A DNA stretch of 64,000 bases, taken from NCBI GenBank assembly GCA_051362555.1, contig CM120647.1:6944001-7008000 (forward strand). The letters run 5' to 3'. Position numbers and translations under genes: made by a program. This DNA comes from Lingula anatina (Eukaryota; Animalia; Brachiopoda). Shown one piece after another: positions 24,801-36,518 of this stretch; position 1 is the stretch's first letter, and each line of letters opens with the position of its first letter. The notes beneath the pieces are model-generated. The model searched no databases and was not told the DNA's origin. It saw nothing but the letters and a program-made list of their open reading frames with translations.

Positions 24801-27800
24801 GGCAAAATTTTTCATGTAAGCACCTATGTCATCTCTGGTAATGGTGGCGTTTTTAAAAATGGGTGGCATTTCTGCAAACATGGGTTTGAGTTCAGAGGGG
24901 ACTTCTATATCACATTCAATAAAACCAAACAACTTGTCGTTGCAAACGGCATGCAAAATTTCTGCAAATTTCAGTTGATGTTTGTTTTCAGTGGGGTGCT
25001 TGTACTGATTTACGAACAGTTGCACTTCTGCATTTTCTTTCTGTAATTTTTTCCACTCACACTCCCACATTTCAACCAAATTGTACCCTTGTTCTCGAAT
25101 GTACTGACTATTTTGATCTGTTTGGATACGCAGTGATTCCATGGATACTTTTTTCGTTTCGTTTATTTCTCTAAATGTGCCGTCCTTGTTTTGGTTTAGA
25201 TGACAACGGTGGCCATGAAAATAACACCCTTGGTACTGATACACGGTGTTTGTCTCAGAGCAAAAACCATCAACAGGTAGTCGGGGTTGGTAGCCTATGC
25301 GTTTTTCAATGTTGTTAAACTGATGCCGGATTTTCTGCCCAGTGTTGTGAGCGATCCAGTCCAACCACATCGTTGCTTCCCTCCCATGGGGATGGGAATA
25401 TTCGCGTTTATACCCTGATTCTACATGCCTGCGTATAAATGTACCCGTTGGCATGGGTTGCATCAAGCACCACAAGTAAAGAGCATTGGCATCGAAGCCA
25501 ATTATTTTCTTGCAGAGCTTGGGATCATCTACAGTGGCTTTTCTAATAAAAGTTTTGTTTCTTTCGTGGTAACGGTGAAATATAATACTTGGGCCGCCCA
25601 CGATGGCATTTTTCAGGAGGTAGTGGAGATCGCTATTTTTGTCATCAAAAAGAGTAAAATAAGCGTCTCCTACGTTTTGAAAGAGGTATTTCAGTGTTAA
25701 CCCTGGTACACTAATACCATCTTTAAACATATCAATTCCCCTCTCAAGGTAGAAGTCAAACATTTTAGCAACTGCTTCCAGCATAGGTTCAACATCTTTG
25801 TTGTTATACCAGGTGAGAAAGTCGCGCATTGTTTCCATATTGTTTTCCTCCCACACCCGTTGGCACAATGCGTAATCCTCCTCACTTATGGTGTTTTGCT
25901 TTAATTGTGAGGCAAATGCTTCACGTGGAGGGAGACAAGGGTAGTCGAGTTTATCCAAGGAGTCCATCCATTCATAGGGAAAGAACCCCTTAGATTCTTT
26001 GCACTCGAATGCTTTGAGAAACTGACTGTAACTGCACCCAGGTGCTAAATAATTTCTGACATCTAAGATTTTCAAACTATCTGACTTGAGCACCATAAAA
26101 TTGTTGTTCCGCTTGACTACAAAGCGCAACTTTTCTCTGTTTATCAACGACGGAAAAAACAATGTTTTCATGGCATTCAAATCGTAATGCCCACTATTGA
26201 ACCCTAATACTGGTAATTCCTTTAAATAGTTGCTAAACCTAGATAACAGTTTTGTTAAATAATGGCCCTTTCTAAGTTCATTAACATCCTCTTCTTCCTC
26301 ACTCATTTCTATGTCTAATTCTATATCATTCGTGACTTTCGTGTAACCATTTTCAAACACCCACTTAAATTTATCATTCAGTATTACCTTAGCCTCCTGA
26401 CTAACTTCAATGAGGGCAGCAATAAATTTACCCACAGTTTGGCCAGGATCACCGTCCGATATGAAGCACTTGGGCGTGGTGTGTCCTGGCACATTGCTAC
26501 AAATACTTACACTCAGGAACTGGTGCTCATGCTCCAAGTGAAGTTTTTCACTGTGTTCGGGGTTGTTTGCTGCCGGTAGCAGGCACTCGATATCAAAGGT
26601 TGCCCGATAGGGGTAATATCTATCTTCCTTAGGGATAGCCAGACCGTAATCCGCCAGCTCCTCAAAAATGGTTGGGGGTGTACTGTATGCTTTACCTGGG
26701 AAGCGGTGTTCGACGATAGCTTCACATGTCCGTTCGTGACGATGAAGGTCACCTTTATGCTTGAACATTTTGTTGCACTTTGAGCAACAAAAGGACTGGG
26801 TGTATTTCCCCATGTCTTTTATGTACGAAAAGTGATTTTCGTACACATTAAGCGACATGGTTTCCTTATACTTGCTCATTGATCGACGCACAAGTTCAGC
26901 AAAAGTCGCACCGTCTTCTGTTTCCTGCAACTCGTACACCGTTATGTTGACTTCGAACAAGTCTTCAAGTTTTTTTAGTTGTTTGAGCGACACACCATTA
27001 AACCCTTTGATCTTGCACCGCGTCTCGGCTCTGTATTTCTCAAAAAGATGTTTGGTGGTTTTTTCTAGTCCAAGCACTGGCCACCCTCTGTGCAAGGCAA
27101 GGCATCTGAACATGCACAAATTGTCTTTATAACAACCATTCTGATCTCCCTGCAATGCGACCAGACCCTTGTTATTTGTGATATAAGACGGTAAAAAGCC
27201 ACCACTGCCGATCGGATGACCCACGAGCTTGGTCACGTAGAATGTAGCATTAGTAACCATCTCGACTATCCAGCTGGAGTTGGGTCTCTCCTGCCGGGCG
27301 CACTCCAAAATATCCCTGACAGTAATGTGCTCAAAGAAACCATTGAGGTCGTCTTTGTTTTGGATTACAAACGGCTCTTCTAGGAAGCAATGGTTGTTGC
27401 TACTGGGGTGATAGTAACGCAGTTCCCCGGTCTCGTTGTTTCTTAAGAAAAATCCGTAAGACACATTCAACTTAAAAACAGTCTTTTGGTCTTTTAAAAC
27501 GGCAGCTAACCCTTCTCGAAGATCGTCAGGGTGAATAGTGGTCAACCGAAAGTTGTACCAGTCTTGCAATTTGTTTCCCCTAGAGAAGCGAGTGCGGATG
27601 GAGTTCCAGTGCTGCATGTAGGCGTCGCGTACACGAGGTTCAGTATCAGGAGGAAGAAGACCTTCGGGGATGCTGACTGGGTCAGGGGAAAGGATATTTG
27701 CAGCGCCATACCCCATTTGTAGTTTTTTATGAACGATGCTGGAATGAGAATCTGCTTTTCTTTTGTTCGAGGGCCCTGGTTGCGGATGAGCTTCAGCCTG

Positions 27801-30800
27801 GTGGTTTAGCCGGTCCTTTGGGGTGGCAAATACTTCGGCACACTCGGGGCATCTTAAGGTCGGTTGTTCTAGTCTGGTCGAGTGTAAGCGCATGTGAGTG
27901 CTCAACACATCACGTCGACCAAAGCATTTTCCGCACATTGGACAACCGTACGCCTTAGTGTGTGAGGCCCGGTGACGCTTCAGGCTTTCCGAGCGATTGA
28001 ACGACGCTCCACAGATATCACAGGGATATTGCTCAGCGCCGTGCACCGCCCTGATATGTTTAAGTAGATTACGCTTCTTGGTGAAAGATTTCTTGCAGGT
28101 TTCACACTTGTGCTCCATGGTTGCTGCAATGAACATATAACTTGTTATACATACCAGATATAGAACTATGCACTCAAATATGATTGGCTAATGCAAAAAT
28201 AAATGATCTATATGTTGCAATGAGCAATCCTATTGGTTGATTGTGACATCATATCTAAAAATAGATTTATTTGTGAGGCATTTGATTGGTTGAAATAATA
28301 TGATACTGCAATTTGATTAATTATGACATCATATCTAAAAATAGATGTGCTTGTGAACATTTGGTTGAAATAATATACTTCTGCAAAATGTCACTCATTC
28401 TAAGGTTTCATGATTGATTGTAATAAGACGATACTGCAATTTGATTGGTTGTTTAAAAACAGATGTTTTCTGATTGGTTACTGAAAAGAGTATTAAAACA
28501 AACGTTTTAGTTACATCAGACAGTTAAAGAATGGATGACAGTGAAGTGTTCACCGATTGTGCACCTGAAGACAAGCCCTTGTTTTTTGAAGTGCCTTATT
28601 GTAGGGAAGAAGATAGAATTCTGAGTTTTCTCAATTGGCCTGGCAAATTATTAATCAATCCTATACCTTTAGCCATCAGTGGGTTTTACAGGGACCCAAA
28701 TGCCCGAAATACAAACGACGCGGTCCTTTGTTTTAATTGTCGGGTCAGTCTTAGCAACTGGGACCCATTGAGGGATGCGGCTGACATTGAGCATGAACGT
28801 CACAGTCCACAGTGTACTATGAATACAGTAGAAAAAAGATTGAAGAATCCACTAAATGTTTCACTGACGCCCGAAAATAGACACGAATTGGTACAGTTGT
28901 TTGTCGCACATGAAAAGAAACCAAACTACACGCCCAATACAGTGAAAACACTTTTAAACATAGGCTTTGATGAAGTAGACGGAAACCCTGTAACACCATT
29001 TCAAAAGACATACACTCTATTTTAAAAATGCAGTGTTCGAACAGGTGAGCTTCATTTACGCAAAACAGTTGAAATAGGAAGGATGAAAAGAAGACACACT
29101 GATAAAAAGAACCGTAGAAGTAAGGGACACGCGGGAGAAGACCCAGGAAAACTCTATCATAACCCTGCTAGTCTAGAAAACACGATAAAACTGAGCCATG
29201 ATGCACACAAAATTAAAAAGAAAACTACACGTACACGAAAAAAGTTATTGTCCAAACGAGGTGCACAAACAAGGCAGCGATTTCAAGCTGACGATAAATG
29301 GCAAGCGGGTGATCACAACATGGCAAAATATAATTGCTTGTCAGCATTGCTTGATATATTTTCAACATACGCATGGGCCGTTGATATAATCGAAAAGAGC
29401 AGATCATTGAAAAGAGTGCACCCGAAGATAAATAGACCATTACCCCTCAATCAAATGCTGAGACAGAATTTACAAATAGGAAATTTCAATCACACCTTAA
29501 ACAGCAAGGGATAGCTTGAAGTCTGAAAGAAGTTGAGAACTAAAGGCCACGTTATTGACTAAGAATTAACACTACGAATATGACCCAGGCTTCAACCAAG
29601 AAAACAAGTAATAAAAAGAGAATTCGAATTTAGTTTAATTCGAAAAACCGATAGGGTATTTAGTTTGTGTGACTACCAGAAATATATTAACTTATATCGC
29701 AAAACCAAGTTTAAAAATGTATAAGTATCTGCAACTATTTAGTTCAACCCGAAAAAGCGATAGGGTATTTATAGTTTGTGTGACCACCATAACTAATATC
29801 ACGAAGTCGAGTTTTGAAAAAATATGCAATCAACACAATGTGTATCTTGCTTGGGCTCAAAGGTGTTTTGTATAACTGCATCGCTTCACCACCGTGTAAA
29901 TAACACGTCGTACGGGTATGCCACATTATATTTTAAAGTGTTAAAACGGGCCCAAATATCAACAGAAATGTAAAATGCAGTTTCGATAGCATGACTAAAT
30001 AAAATAGATATAAAATTATATAATGAGTTTTGTAAAATATAAAAACTGATTGTGGTTTCAAATGTTTAATTTTGACAACAAAACAAATGTAAAATGATCT
30101 TAACAGATCAAAACATAAAAATCTCCATGGTAAAAAAACTTAAGCGAGCTTCATTGTACATGAACAGAATTTTAAGTGTCCGTGGAAAAATATTTTTAAA
30201 AGGTTAAAGATTAACAGCAGAGTTGAAAATAAATCCTAACAATCGTTATGACCAGTAAGCATTCTTACATAAGTTGCTTATCTTATTTTAACTTATAACT
30301 GTTGTTGAAACAAAACTTAAACTCTTACGTTTTATGTTTGAACGTTTTTCATTTCAACTGTAATTTTAGTCCCCTTCTAAATTATTAACTAAGAACAATA
30401 TGAGGTATAAGTTTTTACTTAATTTTAAGTTTCTTTTAACGCTGTACATGTTCAGGTTATAATTTATAATCAACTATTATTCCACACATTGCCTGGAAAA
30501 AATGCTAGTTATAGAAATTAAACATACATTGATTTTCTATTCCTTGCTATAATAAAAAAGAACCTACCTTGTATCAGAACTTAAATATTAATCGAATAAT
30601 TGGTCCTTCCTCTACTGCCTGTGCGTCTTGTACTGTTCGCAGCTGTAGTATGCTGTATGGATAAGCCCTGTCCCAGCTATATAACGAGCTATATACACAC
30701 GTCTGGGCTTGTTTCTTCAAATTTAGCAAGCTTGCCCAAGCATGTTCCCGTTTATTCAAATGAAATCAGCTGTTCAACAAACAAATGACCGGTCAGATGA

Positions 30801-33800
30801 AATAAGCCTGGTTTCAGCTATATAGCGTTCAAGATCATGACCAGGCATGTTCTGTTTGCTCAAGCAATACACACAAATACTCCTTTGGCCATTCAGCGTT
30901 ATTCAAAGTGTTGCTATTGTAGCACATATAAACGCGTAACGATGGTATTGTCTCCTACTATAGTTGCTACGCGAGGTAGAGATTACAATACATTCCACTT
31001 ATTCATGTCATTCTTTACTTAATCCCTCCGCATTCTCCAGTCCCTCCCTGAATATCAATTACCAGCATTACCAACATTTTCTGGGACCAACTTACGAGTT
31101 CTATATCTATTTACTGCTTGTGATTTTATTTTTCTGCAACTAGATTTAATTTATAGGATTTATTAAGAATTTATTGTATCTTACACACCAGTACGTACTG
31201 GTGAAAATGTACTTAGGAATATAACTATAATTCGGTATGGAATCATAAGATTAAACATTACAGGTTATTAAAACTCAACTTGTTAACTACTTGATAATTA
31301 CAAGATTTCACATTGAACTGCAACATGACATCTATAGCTGAGCACGATCTTAACATAAACTCTATATTACATTGTGACAACTATACAAATTAGGGTGCTA
31401 GATGGGAGAAGCCATCCTTTTGTCATAAACTTTTTCGATAAAGTGTTTACTGAAGAATTTCACAGACTAATTGAAAGTTTTGTGAAGTACAGCTCAATCT
31501 TGTGTAGAAATTAAAAAGTTATAAGTTTAGATCACATAAACCTACACAAACCCTCCTATAGTGACAGTTAAATCATCTGAAAATATTATCAGACAATCTC
31601 CATTTACAACCCAATGATCAATCCATAGATAGTTTAACTCATTAATTTCACACACTTTATGTTTAGGAAACGTATTTGCACAAAGTTTATTGTATTCTTG
31701 GTTAATGTGATTAGTTTAAGTTAGAACAGAGGTTTGCTCACAACGGTAAAATGGTGATAATAAATTGCTATACGACATATTAAATGTTAGATGTGACTGA
31801 GATTTTTATCTAAAAGCAATAACTTCTGAGCACGGATACATAAAATATGTACACTTATTTTATCGCGCTGTTAATCCAACAGAACGGTGTGTAACAGACG
31901 CATGTTTGCAGATCATAACAACTTACAAGCTCGACGGGAAAGCTTATTACATAACTCTACTTGTGTTATACCTACCTTGGCAAGCTTTCGCTCTTTACTT
32001 AAAGTCAATCCTGCTCAACAGTTAGCGCATTAGATGTGATGGTCAATGTAACAGAGAGTTTGTCAATTACCACCGTGTGCACAGAAATGAAGAATACTAA
32101 TAAATGTACATTTTATCCATATGACATGTGTTTTCTTGAATTTATGGTTCTATAACATGACTAAGCAGACAAAAACTACACTGTTTTAACGCGATCTTGT
32201 GTAGAAAATCTCTTGTGGTACATTTTCATCGGTTCATTTTCTGGTAATTGAATTTCAAAGATGAACAGAAAAAAGTTGAACTTGAATCAGAAAAAAAATC
32301 TGCTGATTCTTATACTAAAGGTAAAAATACTTCTGCATATTATGTTGGTGTTTCATTTTTACAAGGAAACACTAATTTTCACAGTCAAACAGGAAAAAAT
32401 ACCGCACTGTTTAACTTTAAACAGACGCAATAACTGTTGTTTCTTATATTAAGGAGAAAAAATACTTCTACATATGACCCTATTCTTCAGATTAGACAAT
32501 GCAAATCATAAATCGGCGCATAGATCTTATAAATAAGAATCATAAGTTACATCTTTGTCCCTGAAGAAGGCAGAATAGCCGTAAGCATGGGTATTATACT
32601 TTTAACGCAGAATAATTTTAAAGATGTATTTAAATTTAAACTTTAAATTTAACAAGGAAAACACTTATGTTCAAAGATGGACAGAAAAAATGCTGCACTG
32701 TTTAACTTTAAAGAACAAGTGATGATTAAAGATGGTCAGAAAAAAAATACAGCAATGAGCAGCATTGCGTCGGGAAAATGCTGAGAAATTTTGACTTGAA
32801 AGAGAAATATACTTATATTATTTTAAAAAAGGAAGAGAAGAGTACTCCAATGTTTAGCTTTGGATTGAAAAAATGTTGTGAAGTGATAGTTGTGGCTACA
32901 AAAGGCCCGAATCTAAACAGATTGTTTACACTGGTCGCCTGCATTATTGATTTGCTTGTGTAAACCAAGGCGATCATTTAGGAATAAAAGGTTGGAGGGG
33001 TTTAGAGAATTCAAAAGTATTTGATGCGGCGTTTAAGTACAAATAGAAGACTACAACAGTTGGTTCACGAGAAAGGAATAGAGCTTTACTACGATACTAC
33101 CTGGCTTAGATTAAAACAGTGTCATTCATTTAATACTGGCCGCTTTACATTCAACTATATTGAAATAACGTAAAAGGCAGATTCAATCTACTGTACTAAG
33201 TGTTTGCGAACCACACACTATCACAATACTCTAAGTATTTGGCCTGCATACCTCTCTTTGTGAATATTACACTAGTCTCAGCTGACCATAAGCGGAATTT
33301 TGTTTGTTTACACTTTGTGAGGTGCGTTCAACTAAGTCGCGTGCAATGCCATCTGTCTTTTTTGGATCAATAATAACGAATGCACGTCTTTTTGTTCATC
33401 CAATTCAATGAAAAACTAAAACAAACGCATATCCTTTCAAATTTTATGTATACACCTACCATTTCAACGAATATAAGCATCTTTTTCATAAATAAACAAA
33501 CAAACAAATAAAATAATTGCCCTGTCACATTTTTTAATAGCTCTGCCACTTTACTATGGCGTTTTTTAATAGCTCTGCCACTTTTTTAGTAAGGCTGCCG
33601 GGTTTTTATTACTACTACATCCTAATTTTGTTGGCCATTTCATGGATTCCCGTGGACATTCAAGGTCAAAGTAAGTACATATTATTAATCTTAAATAAGA
33701 CTATATCTGAATCACAGAGGCTGATGATAAAACTAGTGCATGCAACTTTTTGTTTGCAACTTGAAGTACTCTGTAGGCATAAAAAGTTGGAGAGTATGGT

Positions 33801-33837
33801 CGCGATGATTAATGGCATGGATTGCGGCTCTTTGTAA

Positions 33838-33885
<48 letters not shown>

Positions 33886-36463
33886 TTTTGATTTGCAATC
33901 AAATGGTTCGATGGTACATATACAATACAACATTGGTCAAAAAGGTTGTCCCATCCCCATTTCCATGTACTTTTATTTACAAATAATCACCTCTAAGTTG
34001 TAAATTGTTAGAAATAGTGCTTTTTATTTCAGATACCGTGTCTACCATGATTAAGGGATAAAAATACAAAATAGTGGTGAAAATATACACGTTTTATACC
34101 ATTTAGTCAAATTTAAAACAGGTACCCCCTCAAATCCAAGGAAGTTGGTTTTGATGCAGAATTAAGTTATTTCTTGTATCCCATTGATGGTCAAATGAGG
34201 GCCGTAGACATGTTCAAAAATGCCTCTTGGAAGTTGGTGTGCAGGATAATATCGCCTGAGGTGTTAGATCAGTCCGCATTTGGAGAACATTCCAAGCCCA
34301 TGGTATTAGTACGTTGTTCCTTTTGGAACAAAACGTAACAGGGGCATTTTACTGTAACATTCTCAACAGATAGCTCACTCCATTTGCAAGAGGTGACTTT
34401 AGGATGCTACAGACATCATTGTGACAACGCAGTTGCTCACAGCTCTCGTCTGGCAAGCGATTTGTTGCAGAAACACGGGGCTCTGAGGATGGGTCAACCG
34501 TCTTTTAACCCTGATATTAATCGTACTGAGCACCTGTGACATAATTTGGAGTGAGCAATGCATAGGAGAATCAATTTCCAAATAATCTGGACCAATTCCG
34601 CCACGCTGTTTAAGCAGAATGGGACAATATCCCACAAAACAGAATTTAACCCTTGTTAAAGACTTGTCGCGCCGCCTACAGGAGATAATTGCAGTACGCG
34701 GCAGACACACACGCTATTAGGCACGTGACCTTTAAAGAGCACACCCTCATGCTAATTGTGTGTAAATTTGGTGACATTTGATGGCCTCTTTTCAATTTAA
34801 TAGACATTTCTTTACATCTGAAGAAATCACAGTGAAACATTGGATTTGAGGGGGCACCTGTTATAAATTTGACTAAATGGTATAAAATGTGCATATTTTC
34901 ACCACTATTTTGTATTTTCTGAACCAATAATCATGTTAGACATGGAATCTGGAATAAAAAGCACCGTTTATAGCAAATTACATCTGTGAGGGGATCATTT
35001 GTAAATATAAGTACATGGAAATGGGGATGGGACAACCTTTTTGACCAATGTTGTATATTTTTAAGAACTGCATTGTAATTGAATTTTGGAGGTATTTGTT
35101 GAAACATGAAATTGCTAAACATAATTTTCATGGATGCCCTTTGAAAAGGCTTCTGGTGATATAGGACCTACATAAACAATTCTAGGCCTTATTATAAATA
35201 GGCCAAAATGTCATGAGTAGACAGACAAGTTTTACAAGATTAATTAGTTGATTGGGTATGGGATACAGCATTCATATCGCCTAGAGTTCTATTTGCAATA
35301 TGTCTTGATGCTATTCACTCAATATGAAGCGTTTCTAGCGTAGATCCACTTTTTGTTCTTTTTTCTAACTGTCATTTTTCAAAAAAAGTGGATGAGAATA
35401 AATAGTATGCAAGGTGAACCATGAATATTCTCTAGTTCATTTATTCAGCATAATAGTAGATGGTGCATATAACGAAAGCTTGGGCGTTTCAATTATTTCA
35501 TTTTTCATTTTGACATATTATAATATTTTCATCGTCCATGACTGTATTCCCACAGATTTTTAGATCGATCTATCCCCGTGGGGAGTCTCACTAGATTGCT
35601 GTCAGCCTGACCGACTTAAACGTCTTCTAAAAGCTGTAAGGGGGTAATTAACTTTTGTGCACGCTCTGCTCCCGGAAGCTGATAGCAATTTAGAGTGAAC
35701 TCTCAGGGAGTTAGGTCGATCCAGATGGGTCGATCTAAGTCTGTGGGAACCAAGTCTAAGTGTGGGTAATATTTGAACATAATTACTCGGGCGTTCTTGC
35801 CCATGTGCCTATTTGGTTATGATGTATTTAATCCTCTGAATGACTTTCATTGAATAATCCAACCTTCTGGCAATTCAGCCTGTCAAAAATCCCCCCTGTG
35901 CCTACCGCTTGGCAAAAGAAAAATGTAACCCTCCCAACTAGAAGCAGCATATTAAAATGTTACTGGGTTTAGTATTCATTTCAGTTAGATTATCTCAAGG
36001 TTTAATAAAAGTACACATTGTTCCTTGGCCACCATCAGCTAATGATGTTCACTTCAGTAGAGGACAGCGACGCAACTGGTCTGAAAATGTGTCTCATTAA
36101 TAAGCGTGGGGTCAGATAAGATTCACCTGAAAATCAGATCTAATCATTTGAGTTGAATTTTAGGCCCTTTACTTTTCAGACGCACTTCTGATATCTGTCG
36201 TTTTGCAAATATGGCAAGGTAGGGGGTTATTGACTTTATGGGTAAAACTGATTAAGTTATCGCCATTTTGAATCAGGGACTGACAGACTTGAAACTGTGT
36301 CGAGTAAACAAGTTCAGGGTCAGGTTAAGTACATCCCATAAAACTGTCCTTAACAGCAGTAAGAAAATGGGCCTAATACAGTGTATGTGAGTACACTATT
36401 TTCTGTTAATGTCAAACAAAAAATATTATAATCTCTGGCTATAAGACCTATTTTCCGCTAAAA

Positions 36464-36518
<55 letters not shown>

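Larger units (their letters stand above)
21892..33616. mobile_element. Reduced Maverick/Polinton-like element (11,725 bp)
   Basis: Termini AGTAGTAATAAAAACCCGGCAGCC / GGCTGCCGGGTTTTTATTACTACT; 6-bp TSD ACATCC at 21886-21891 and 33617-33622; encodes pPolB, BIR protein and integrase relic. Confidence 0.95.

Noticed and set aside
24165-27958. Short antisense or alternate-frame ORFs overlapping polB
   Set aside because: Shadow ORFs with no recognisable motifs.
21959-33549. Mirror-image short ORFs (60-64 aa) at both ends of the element
   Set aside because: Consequence of TIR symmetry; no motifs, and one pair differs by a poly-A length change.
21880-33630. Idea that the ACATCC duplication is ancestral because gene B exon 1 is 6 nt shorter than its paralogs
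   Set aside because: Paralog sequences at this position (ACAATTTCC, GCAGTTTTC) do not resemble a doubled ACATCC; a canonical 6-bp Maverick TSD is the simpler reading.
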